Shown here piece after piece: positions 53,800-62,003 of a DNA stretch of 64,000 nt. The position numbers were made by a program, and so were the translations under genes. The notes under the pieces are model-generated. The model was not told where the DNA came from. It saw nothing but the letters and a program-made list of their open reading frames with translations, and made no database searches. Each line of letters opens with the position of its first letter. Position 1 is the stretch's first letter. The DNA lies in assembly GCA_021797995.1 (NCBI GenBank), contig JAJZYR010000001.1, positions 6,114 to 70,113 on the forward strand, written 5' to 3'. The DNA comes from Candidatus Micrarchaeota archaeon. GTDB taxonomy: Archaea > Micrarchaeota > Micrarchaeia > Micrarchaeales > CABMGC01.

Positions 53800-54159
53800 C
53801 TACTCCAGCTCCTCGGGTCTTTTCAGGAGCTCCCGCTTGTCGCGCACCTCGAGGGAATAATCCTTTGAAAGCGTAAGGCACTTTGGAGGGCAGACTTCGG
53901 CGCACAGCGCACAGAAGAGGCACCTCTCCAGTCCTACCTGGGGCATTAGCTTCATGCCGCGGTCGGTGGGTGTGTTTACCATCGTTATGGTCTTGTTCGG
54001 GCAGATACGCTCGCATGCGGAGCAGCTTATGCACGTTGGCATATCGAGCCGGAGCTTTCCCCTGTAGCAGTCCGGAAGCGATTCCTTCTCTTCGGGGAAT
54101 TCCAGCGTTGACCTCTTTTCCCCGAGCGCCTTTATCGACTGCATTATGGGTCTCAGCAT
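53800..54159 (-). CDS. nuoI: NADH-quinone oxidoreductase subunit I (2x[4Fe-4S] ferredoxin)
   Basis: Two CxxCxxCxxxCP motifs are present: CISCSACERICP and CLFCALCAEVCP. Confidence 0.85.
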   Translation of the reverse strand: MLRPIMQSIKALGEKRSTLEFPEEKESLPDCYRGKLRLDMPTCISCSACERICPNKTITMVNTPTDRGMKLMPQVGLERCLFCALCAEVCPPKCLTLSKDYSLEVRDKRELLKRPEELE

Positions 54160-54163
54160 CCGA

Positions 54164-55201
54164 TCACGCCACGAATATCATATAAGCCAGTATAAGGTTT
54201 ATTAATGAAAGGGGAAGAAGCCAGAGCCAGCCGAGGCGCAGCACCCTGTCTATCCTCATCCTTACCGTTGTTGCCCTTATCACGACAGTAAAGAGAGCTA
54301 TTACGAATGCCTTAAGTATGAGCCAGGCGACTCCAGGCAGGAATGGCGGACCGAGCCATCCGCCGAAGAACAGGAGAGATATCAGGAGGCCCCACAGGAA
54401 TATCCTGGTATAGTCGAGGAAGAGGGCCAGTGCATAGTAGGGCCCGCTGAAGTCAGTAAGCCATCCGGCTATGAGCTCTGAATCTGCTTCCCTCAGGTCG
54501 AATGGCGGCCTTTCCAGCTCAGCAAGCATGGCAATGAAGAAGACGACAAGGCCGATTGGCATTGCGATCGCAAAGTAGAAGAGCTTTGACTGTGCTGCCA
54601 CTATGCCGCTTATATTGTAGCCGCCGGAGAGGAGCGCTGCTGCCGCGATGACCACGATGAGCGGCAGCTCGTAGCTCAGGAGCATGAGCACAGACCTCTG
54701 GGCGCTTATGTCGGCAAACTTGTTGGAGCTCGAGAAGCCGGCGATGAACACAAGCAGCGGGAAGAATGAGATTGCCGTGAACAGCACGAGCAGGCCAAGG
54801 CCGAGGTTGGTCGCCTGGAGCGTGGGGGAGAACGGGACAAGGAGGATAAGGAAGGTGGTCATCCCGAGGAGGAGCACCGGTCCTAGCTTCATGAGCAGCC
54901 TGTCAGCCCTGTCTGGCTCCACATACTCCTTTGCAAGGAGCTTTACCAGGTCGGCGAGATTCTGGAATATCCCATATTTGCCGACATACGTAGGCCCGTG
55001 CCTGTGCTGCATCCTTGCAATGAGCTTCCTTTCCACCCATCCGAAAATATAGGCAAACACAGACGTGATTATCAGTACTGCGACTGCGTATGCTATTATC
55101 GCCGCGGCGTACGGAAGGAGGCCGCCTGAGCTCAACCAACCCTGCCAGACCGAGATAAGCCTGCTTATGGCCGGTAATGCCGTCATGTTACTATCCTGCA
55201 T
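54164..55201 (-). CDS. nuoH: NADH-quinone oxidoreductase subunit H
   Basis: WVERKLIARMQHRHGPTYVGKYGIFQNLADLVKLL and ELERPPFDLREADSELIAGW are the NuoH signatures. Confidence 0.9.
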   Translation of the reverse strand: MQDSNMTALPAISRLISVWQGWLSSGGLLPYAAAIIAYAVAVLIITSVFAYIFGWVERKLIARMQHRHGPTYVGKYGIFQNLADLVKLLAKEYVEPDRADRLLMKLGPVLLLGMTTFLILLVPFSPTLQATNLGLGLLVLFTAISFFPLLVFIAGFSSSNKFADISAQRSVLMLLSYELPLIVVIAAAALLSGGYNISGIVAAQSKLFYFAIAMPIGLVVFFIAMLAELERPPFDLREADSELIAGWLTDFSGPYYALALFLDYTRIFLWGLLISLLFFGGWLGPPFLPGVAWLILKAFVIALFTVVIRATTVRMRIDRVLRLGWLWLLPLSLINLILAYMIFVA

Positions 55202-55342
55202 CCCGCCAAGGCGGTAATCGCATCAATAAGTCTGCCGTATGGTCTTTGGGACCTGGAAGTGGAACCGTCTACGGCGGTCCGCCTCTCCTTGCCTGGATGT
55301 ATCCTGAACCTGTAGGCGCGCGCTGTCCCCATGCTCCCTGTT
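55183..55342 (-). pseudogene. tnpB (IS200/IS605-family) 5' remnant overlapping the nuoH start
   Basis: MGTARAYRFRIHPGKERRTAVDG... keeps the TnpB N-terminal AYRFRIxP motif and then degenerates. Confidence 0.5.
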
Positions 55343-55362
55343 TTGTTTTGCGTTTTTATATA

Positions 55363-55372
55363 CCTTTCCCGC
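55363..55372 (-). promoter_or_regulatory. TATA-box-like element of the IS remnant, oriented toward nuoH
   Basis: The minus strand reads tatataaaaa about 25-30 nt upstream of the remnant ATG (55342). The same geometry occurs at the other remnants: tataaa at 60307-60312 before ATG 60284, and tataaa at 63401-63406 before ATG 63380. Confidence 0.4.
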
Positions 55373-55470
55373 CCCGTGGGATTGGAGCCGTATGAAAATG
55401 AGTGTCGAAACAGGCCGCATGCGCCTGTAAGGTATTTATACCTTGAAAGCACAATGGCTCTATGTAGTGC

Positions 55471-55944
55471 ATGGACAACAAGACCATGATCAAAGGAATC
55501 ATCTTCGATTTCAATAGGACACTGTACGATCCCGACACAGGGCAACTTGTTGATGGCGCAACTACACTCCTTAAATCACTTCATGGAAAAGGCTATCTGC
55601 TCTGCCTGATAAGCAAGAAGTCCGTTGAGGGAAGGAAAGAGCAGATTACTTCGTTGGGCCTTGACAGATACTTCATAAAGATCCTAATAATAGAAGGAAA
55701 TAAGCTGGAGGCGCACTTCATGGAGTGCCTAAAGGCCATGGCATTGTCCGCTGCAGAAGTGGCTGTTGTAGGGGATAGAATAAACGAGGAAATATTACTG
55801 GGCAATAAGATTGGAATGCGCACCATATGGTATAAGTCCGGTAAATTCGCGGCCGAGGCACCCAAGGAGGCGGTCCAAGAACCGGATTATACGATAACGG
55901 ATCTGCAGAACGTTCCGACCTGTCTTGAAGAGAATGCAGGGTAA
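55471..55944 (+). CDS. HAD-superfamily hydrolase-like protein (motif I variant DFNRT)
   Basis: GIIFDFNRTLYDP, LCLISKKS and VVGDRINEEILLGNKIGMRTIW give a HAD layout. The second Asp of DxD is Asn. Confidence 0.6.
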   Translation: MDNKTMIKGIIFDFNRTLYDPDTGQLVDGATTLLKSLHGKGYLLCLISKKSVEGRKEQITSLGLDRYFIKILIIEGNKLEAHFMECLKAMALSAAEVAVVGDRINEEILLGNKIGMRTIWYKSGKFAAEAPKEAVQEPDYTITDLQNVPTCLEENAG

Positions 55945-55974
55945 AAAGGCTTTCGTAATCTCAAACGCCTTATC

Positions 55975-57303
55975 TCAGTCCCCAGCTCTAAGTGCCCATA
56001 CCCTTACTTCTGTCTTGCGGTCTTCAATGGCACCATCCCCTACCAGCTCTTCTACAACTACCGTACGTATATCCGAGGCGGCTATCTTCCCTATTGTCTT
56101 TTTCATTTCTAGTCTATGCCTCGGATTGTCTATTGAGTAGAAAAATGCAGTGGTTGCGCTCTTGCCTTTGGTTCCGGGCTTAAGAACTGCATCGCTCACG
56201 CCGTTTATGTGCATCCAGTCAAGCACGGTTGAGAACGCCATTTCTGTGCCATTGCCTATCTCAACCCGCAACATTTTGGGAACGCAGACCAGTCTCTCAA
56301 GGTCGGCTCTCAAGTCTATGTCGACTGTCTCTGTCACTGCTTGCTTCTGCATTAAAGGTATAAAACGCGGAGGGTCTATCATACGCAGGCCATCTACTTC
56401 TGCTTTGTTTAACCTTTCGACCTCTACTTGGCTAGCTGCTCTGAAGAATCTCAGCACAGGCGGGGCACTTGCATTATATGCACCGCTTTGCACCCTGTTC
56501 AGGAAATCGTCTTTTGTAAGCAATTCTGCATGAATTCCTGCGCCATTAAGCCTCTCTTTGATGCCTTCAAACTCGAAAGGCATCCCCTGCAGCATGCGAT
56601 CGTCTTGATACACGATCATTACACTGTTCCGGCTATCCACAAACCCTTTAGCCATATTGGCATACATGCCTGCAAAGTCGAGGCCCGTCCCTGCCAAGCC
56701 ATGCATCTGTGAACCAAGCACGAAGCCAAGATTGGACTCTCCAACATCAACCAGCCACCACTCATATAAACCATTTGACCTTTCTAGCACAAAGTCAGCT
56801 CTGATGCAGTACTTCGACCCGTCTGGATCCAAGTGCGTGGATATCAGTTCGGTGGCGGCTCTGAGCCTCTGGAAGGATACCTCATCTATCTTAAGCGAGT
56901 ACGTTGCCGGGACAGAAAACAGCATTGGACCTTCTTCGAAAGTAATTGACCCTGACCGGTTCATGACGTTGGAAGATATGCAATCGCCGGAAGCGGACCA
57001 TGGCGCCCACGATGTCTTTGCAGAGCCGCCAGCCCTGAGTATTGAGCTCTTGAGTATGCCATCGATGAACGTTACTTCACTGGCGGATTTTATGTCTCCC
57101 CTGTCCATAACCCGCAACGCGCTGCCACGTAACTGGACGCGCAGCGCAGATTCGAGATCCGAATGCTGCCTTGCGAATTCCAGCAGCTCCCCTCCCGTAT
57201 TAAGGCGCTTGAGGTCTTTCCAATAAGAGAAGGGCACATTCTGCACCTTGGCAAGACCGCCGCGCTGGACCATTAGTCTCTCCGTTGTGCATTTATCTAT
57301 CAA
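55975..57303 (-). CDS. Hypothetical protein with ATP-grasp-like motifs in GSP-synthetase/permuted order
   Basis: This is a 442-aa open frame overlapping the nuoD stop. The order of motifs is CIRADFVLERSNGLYEWWLVDVGESNLGF (Mg/ATP-site-like), then AVLKPGTKGKSATTAFF, then TVVVEELV..EDRKTEVRVWAL (ATP-grasp central motifs). The assignment is tentative. Confidence 0.3.
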   Translation of the reverse strand: MIDKCTTERLMVQRGGLAKVQNVPFSYWKDLKRLNTGGELLEFARQHSDLESALRVQLRGSALRVMDRGDIKSASEVTFIDGILKSSILRAGGSAKTSWAPWSASGDCISSNVMNRSGSITFEEGPMLFSVPATYSLKIDEVSFQRLRAATELISTHLDPDGSKYCIRADFVLERSNGLYEWWLVDVGESNLGFVLGSQMHGLAGTGLDFAGMYANMAKGFVDSRNSVMIVYQDDRMLQGMPFEFEGIKERLNGAGIHAELLTKDDFLNRVQSGAYNASAPPVLRFFRAASQVEVERLNKAEVDGLRMIDPPRFIPLMQKQAVTETVDIDLRADLERLVCVPKMLRVEIGNGTEMAFSTVLDWMHINGVSDAVLKPGTKGKSATTAFFYSIDNPRHRLEMKKTIGKIAASDIRTVVVEELVGDGAIEDRKTEVRVWALRAGD

Positions 57304-58393
57304 CGCAGGCCATCACCAGATCCAGCGAACCCATTATCGAGAAGAGGTCCGCGAACCGCTGCTCCTTTGCCATGTGCTCCAGTGCGAAGAGATTTATGAA
57401 GCATGGGGAGCGCACCGAGAGCCTGTACGGCCGCTGCGGATCGGCGATCATGTACATCATGCCCTCGCCACGGGGCAGCTCCCTGCTCACTGAAGCTATG
57501 CGATTCTTTGCTGCAGGCCCTATGAGCCTCACCTGGGCCCCCAATGCGTCTCCCTCAGGCATCCTCTTCAGAGCCCCGCGTATGAGCCTTATGCTTTCCT
57601 TTATCTCAAGTATCCTGACCTTGTACCTGGCAAGGTTGTCTCCGCCGCCCAGGACCTGGGAGTTGAAGTTGAGTTCACGGTAGGCGTAATATGGCCTTGC
57701 CTTCCTCACGTCGTAGTCAACGTTCGATGCCCTCAGGACCGGACCGGTGACGCCAAGCCCCTTTGCTTCCTCTGCAGTGAGTATCCCCACGCCTTTCATC
57801 CGCTCCATAAACACAGGATTTGACTCTAGGTATTTACCATACACCTCAAGCCTCTTTTCAATGTGGCCTAGGAGCGACTGGCAGTCTTCATCGAAGCCCG
57901 GAGGGAGATCGCGGGCAACGCCACCCAGCCTCATGTTTACATAGAACATGCGCTGGCCTGTGGCCTGCTCGAGAAGCGCAAGGACCCTGTCCCTGTCCTC
58001 GAACACCCACATGAACATGGTGAACATCTGGCCCATGTCGTTGCAGAGCGCGCCGATGAAGAATAGATGACTTGCTATTCGCTGGAGCTCCAATTCGATG
58101 ACTCTTATATACTGCGCCCTTTCCTTTACCTCTATGCCAAGCGCAGCCTCGACTGTTGCGACATATGCCTCGTCATATGCAAGCGGCGCGACATAGTCAA
58201 GCTTCTCCATGTAAGGCGGGCACTGCATGTACATGCGCGTCTCTACTAGCTTCTCCACCCCCCTGTGCAGGAACCCTACGTGCGCCTCGAGGTTCTTGAT
58301 TGTATCACCGTCAAGGTCAACGACAAGCCTGAGCACGCCATGGGTGCTCGGATGCACGGGCCCTATGTTGATTTTTGTCGTCGTCTTTGTCAC
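57293..58393 (-). CDS. nuoD: NADH-quinone oxidoreductase subunit D
   Basis: INIGPVHPSTHGVLRLVVDLDGD matches NuoD, and the C-terminus reads GSLDLVMACVDR. GTG 58393 overlaps the nuoC TGA (GTGA) and gives a family-typical N-terminus. The track ORF starts at 58459. Confidence 0.9.
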   Translation of the reverse strand: MTKTTTKINIGPVHPSTHGVLRLVVDLDGDTIKNLEAHVGFLHRGVEKLVETRMYMQCPPYMEKLDYVAPLAYDEAYVATVEAALGIEVKERAQYIRVIELELQRIASHLFFIGALCNDMGQMFTMFMWVFEDRDRVLALLEQATGQRMFYVNMRLGGVARDLPPGFDEDCQSLLGHIEKRLEVYGKYLESNPVFMERMKGVGILTAEEAKGLGVTGPVLRASNVDYDVRKARPYYAYRELNFNSQVLGGGDNLARYKVRILEIKESIRLIRGALKRMPEGDALGAQVRLIGPAAKNRIASVSRELPRGEGMMYMIADPQRPYRLSVRSPCFINLFALEHMAKEQRFADLFSIMGSLDLVMACVDR

Positions 58394-58767
58394 CCTTCGG
58401 CCTTGTACTCCGAGTTCCAGGCGAAGCTCTTCCTGAACGGCGGCTCCGTGCCGTCCCACTTCTCGAGCAGAAGCCTCCTGGCGGCCCTGCCCCTTATTTG
58501 TATCCCGAACATCTCTGAGAGCTCCCTTTCATACCAGTCCGCGCACGGAAAGATGTCTATTATGGTAGGCACCCATGCGTCCTTGCAGTCGAGGTCTGCT
58601 TCGATGATGTCGTCCCTGTTGCCGCCTATGTCCCTCAGAAAATAGATAACAGTAATGCTCTGCACATAGTCGATTGCGGTTATTTTCACCAGGTAATCGA
58701 AGCCGGATTTCCTCATTTCCTGCGCTTTCTGCGCTATGTCTTCCGCATTAACTTTCAATAGCTCCAC
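58390..58767 (-). CDS. nuoC: NADH-quinone oxidoreductase subunit C (short form)
   Basis: [29 protein letters not shown] is the NuoC signature. The protein is 125 aa. Confidence 0.85.
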   Translation of the reverse strand: MELLKVNAEDIAQKAQEMRKSGFDYLVKITAIDYVQSITVIYFLRDIGGNRDDIIEADLDCKDAWVPTIIDIFPCADWYERELSEMFGIQIRGRAARRLLLEKWDGTEPPFRKSFAWNSEYKAEG

Positions 58768-59353
58768 CTATCTTCTCCTGCAGTTTGATCAGGGACGCGA
58801 ACAGGCTCTCTGGTCTGGGAGGGCATCCTGCAACGTATACGTCCACTGGCAGCACCTGATCTATTCCCTTCACGATATTGTAGCTCTCCCACCATGGACC
58901 ACCACATGTTGCGCACTCGCCGAATGCGATCACATGCCTCGGCTCGGCCATCTGCTCGTAGAGCCTTTTTATCTCAGGGACCATTGACTTTGTGACCCAG
59001 CCTGCGACAAGCATGACATCGCACTGCCGCGGCGTGGCCCTGAAGAGAAGATACCCCTTCCTCTCTGCGTCTATCCTTGCGGCGCCGAAGTCCATGAGCT
59101 CTATGGCACAGCAGGCGAGCCCGAACTGCAACGGCCATAGCGAGTTCTTCCTAGACCAGTTGACCGCACCCTTGGTCCCGGGAACCATCTTCAGGAGGTC
59201 CGATAGCCTTGCAAAAATCGCATTTGGCTTTATCTCCCTATAACTTATGGAGTCGGCAACCAGCTTGTCCATCTCCCGCTTTGCACTCAGGAACTCGCCG
59301 CTGCTTCTGTCTATCTGCTCTGTCATGGTCTTACACCTGCGCCTCCCTTGCAA
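58748..59353 (-). CDS. nuoB: NADH-quinone oxidoreductase subunit B
   Basis: The N2-cluster ligand patterns are present: [25 protein letters not shown] and AGCPPRPE. Confidence 0.9.
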   Translation of the reverse strand: MQGRRRCKTMTEQIDRSSGEFLSAKREMDKLVADSISYREIKPNAIFARLSDLLKMVPGTKGAVNWSRKNSLWPLQFGLACCAIELMDFGAARIDAERKGYLLFRATPRQCDVMLVAGWVTKSMVPEIKRLYEQMAEPRHVIAFGECATCGGPWWESYNIVKGIDQVLPVDVYVAGCPPRPESLFASLIKLQEKIGGAIES

Positions 59354-59702
59354 ATATGATTATGAACATCTCGAATATAAAACCTGACACAAAAAGGCCA
59401 AGGATATAATAATTTGCAACGACTGGCAGCGCCCTTGCGGACAGGATCCACATGAGCATTATCGCCGCTATAACCTCAAATGACAGGAACATCGGAAAGT
59501 AGTGCAGGTACTCGTTCATCACGCTGGTGCGCCCACCTGAACTGCTCTCCGCACTCTCATAGCTGTTGTCCTTTACGGAATTAGGCCTGCTGCCCCTTCG
59601 TATGAACTTTGAGGTAAGGAGCATAAGGAGCGGTTCCATGACGGCAAATGCAGCAAGTATTATTATTGCGACGTATACGGAAACCATGATTGAAGATGCC
59701 AT
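59331..59702 (-). CDS. nuoA: NADH-quinone oxidoreductase subunit A
   Basis: It is a 123-aa, 3-TM protein and the first gene of the cluster. The loop NSYESAESS sits where the YECG motif is expected, and [11 protein letters not shown] follows. Confidence 0.7.
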   Translation of the reverse strand: MASSIMVSVYVAIIILAAFAVMEPLLMLLTSKFIRRGSRPNSVKDNSYESAESSSGGRTSVMNEYLHYFPMFLSFEVIAAIMLMWILSARALPVVANYYILGLFVSGFIFEMFIIIFAREAQV

Positions 59703-59753
59703 GTGAAAGTTTATAATATGTTGTCGTTACATCTTACTACCGTCGGATTCATC

Positions 59754-59828
59754 GGGTCCGTAACTCAGTTTGGCTAGAGTGAGAGGCTTTTAACCTCCAA
59801 GTCGTGGGTTCAAATCCCACCGGGCCCG
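59754..59828 (+). tRNA. tRNA-Lys (anticodon UUU)
   Basis: Hand-folded cloverleaf: acceptor gggtccg/cgggccc (one G-U), D arm actc-agtttggcta-gagt, anticodon arm agagg-ctTTTaa-cctcc (one A-C mismatch at 27-43), T arm gtggg-ttcaaat-cccac. Confidence 0.85.
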
Positions 59829-59925
59829 CCTATTCTTACCCTTCAGCGGGGCAGGGTTCAAATCCGAATTTCAAGCATGTGCAAGAAGCGCAGGAAGCGG
59901 CGCGGTCCGTGCGCGCCATGGCAAG

Positions 59926-60284
59926 TCATTCCTGTCCGTGCGCCTTGAGCGCGGCCCTGGCGATGTCCCTGACCCTCTTCCCTGCCCTCCTCTCCCTCAC
60001 CCTCCTGAAGAAGTTCTGGTACGCCCTCTGCAGCCTTACGAATACGTTCTGGAGGGCCTGCGAGTATATCCTGTTGAGTTCCCCATTCTCACCCCTATCT
60101 CTTTCATGAACCTGTTGAATGTGGACTTTGTTATCTGCAGGTTCCTGCCCTTCAGGTACTCCTCCTTCGCCATCCCAAGGAGTTTGTTGTAGAGGAATCG
60201 CGCGAGTTCTATCTGTTCGTCTATCTCCCTCTGCCTCTTGGCGTCGGGATAGATCCTGAACCTGTACGCCCGCACAGATTCCAT
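59926..60284 (-). pseudogene. tnpB (IS200/IS605-family) 5' portion, frameshifted and truncated
   Basis: Frame 1 reads MESVRAYRFRIYPDAKRQREIDEQIELARFLYNKLL. After a frameshift the homology continues in a second frame (IYSQALQNVFVRLQRAYQNFFRRVRERRAGKRV). Only about 120 of the ~400 aa expected remain. Confidence 0.65.
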
Positions 60285-60514
60285 GACATTTATTATATTG
60301 TAAGTGTTTATACGCCTTCACTTCATCCCGCGATTGAAATCGTGGGTTTTCAGCTCAGATGAATCATTATAATAGCAGCAGAGGTGCTGACCGCTCTTGC
60401 GGCATACCTCTCACTGAGGGGCAGGGCTGGAGGGATTGGGGATCCACATGAACTGGATATATATACGTTATCCGGTCAAGACTCTCTGAACCAGACCAGC
60501 AAACTAGTGGCAGC

Positions 60515-61975
60515 ATGACGGATGAGTTCAGACTTGAGAAGCTGAAGAAGCTGAGGGATCTCGGCATAAATCCTTACCCCTACTCTTACAGAGTCACCCA
60601 CAAGGCGAGGGACGTGGTTTCCATGTTCGCGTCGCTTGAGGGCAAGGCCGTGAGCATAGCAGGCAGAATGGTGAAGAGGAGGGAGATGGGGAAGCTCTTC
60701 TTCATAGACCTGCTCGATGACAGCGGCAAGGTGCAGGTAATGGTGACAGAGGGCTCTGCCGGGAAGGGCTTGATGGATGTGGTGAGGCTCACCGATGTCG
60801 GGGACATAATAGGGGTGAGGGGCACGGTGACGAAGAGCATGAGAGGGGAGGTGACTGTGGATGCGAAAGAGGTGACGATACTCGCCAAGTCCCTCGCGAC
60901 GCTCCCGGAGAAGTACCACGGGCTCACCGACATCGAGGCGAGATACAGGAAGAGGCATTTGGACCTGATCATGAATCCGAATGTGAGGAGTTTCTTCGTC
61001 ACGCGCGCCGCAATACTCAAGTACCTCAGGGATGCGCTTGATTCCTTAGGGTATATCGAGTTTGAGACGCCGGTGCTCCAGCCTGCATACGGAGGAGCCA
61101 ACGCAAAGCCTTTCCTTACCGAGTACAATGCGCTCGACGCTAAGGTCTTCCTCAGGATATCGGATGAGCTATACCTCAAGAGGCTGGTAATCGGAGGATT
61201 CGAGAAGGTCTACGAGGTCTCCAAGGACTTCAGGAACGAGGACATAGACTCTACGCACAACCCTGAGTTCACGCAGATAGAGTTCTATGAAGCTTACAGG
61301 GATTACGAGGACTTCATGAAGCTAACTGAGAAAATGATGTCTGGGCTCGTGAAGAAGCTCTTTGGCAGCCACAAGATAGGGTATCAGGGCAGGGAGCTCG
61401 ATTTCACTCCGCCGTTTGCGAGGGTGCACTGGGTTGAGGAGCTAAAGAAGAGGGCCGGAATAGACATAACGGAGATGGGCGACGACGAGGCCGCCGAGAT
61501 CGCAAGTAGGGAAAAGCTTGGGATAGGGATAAAGAACGCATATCACGTGGCTGACGGTCTGTTCGACAAGTACGTAAAGCCGGAGCTCTGGAACCCTGCC
61601 TTCGTAGTCGATTATCCATCGTACATGTGCCCGCTCACCAAGGATAAACGCGGAAACCCTAAGCTAAGCGAGAGGTTCGAGTTCTTCATAGCCGGTAGGG
61701 AGCTGGGTAATTGCTATTCAGAGCTCACCGACCCGGTCGAACAGAGGGAGAAGTTCGAGCGGCAGGATGCGGAGAGGGGAAAGGGCGATTACGAGGCGCC
61801 TCCGAGTGACGCTGATTTCCTTGAAGCGATGGAATACGGCATGCCGCCGACCGCCGGGATGGGCATTGCGATAGACAGGCTGGCGATGATACTCACAGAC
61901 AACATATCCATCAAGGAAGTGATGCCGTTTCCTGCCGTCAGACCAGATAGGAAAGCTGAACGCGAGAAGGAGTAG
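60515..61975 (+). CDS. lysS: Lysyl-tRNA synthetase, class II
   Basis: An N-terminal OB region is followed by motif 2 (FRNEDIDSTHNPEFTQIEFYEAYRDYED) and ELGNCYSELTDP. The C-terminal part reads GDYEAPPSDADFLEAMEYGMPPTAGMGIAIDRLAMIL (motif 3). Confidence 0.95.
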   Translation: MTDEFRLEKLKKLRDLGINPYPYSYRVTHKARDVVSMFASLEGKAVSIAGRMVKRREMGKLFFIDLLDDSGKVQVMVTEGSAGKGLMDVVRLTDVGDIIGVRGTVTKSMRGEVTVDAKEVTILAKSLATLPEKYHGLTDIEARYRKRHLDLIMNPNVRSFFVTRAAILKYLRDALDSLGYIEFETPVLQPAYGGANAKPFLTEYNALDAKVFLRISDELYLKRLVIGGFEKVYEVSKDFRNEDIDSTHNPEFTQIEFYEAYRDYEDFMKLTEKMMSGLVKKLFGSHKIGYQGRELDFTPPFARVHWVEELKKRAGIDITEMGDDEAAEIASREKLGIGIKNAYHVADGLFDKYVKPELWNPAFVVDYPSYMCPLTKDKRGNPKLSERFEFFIAGRELGNCYSELTDPVEQREKFERQDAERGKGDYEAPPSDADFLEAMEYGMPPTAGMGIAIDRLAMILTDNISIKEVMPFPAVRPDRKAEREKE

Positions 61976-62003
61976 CTGCACGGAATCCTGTCTGGCTCAA
62001 TAG

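Noticed and set aside
59841-59875. A tRNA-like T-arm sequence (gggttcaaatcc) downstream of tRNA-Lys, considered as a possible second tRNA.
   Set aside because: I could not fold it into T-stem or acceptor pairing, and no D or anticodon arms are present. I treat it as a fragment or scar only.
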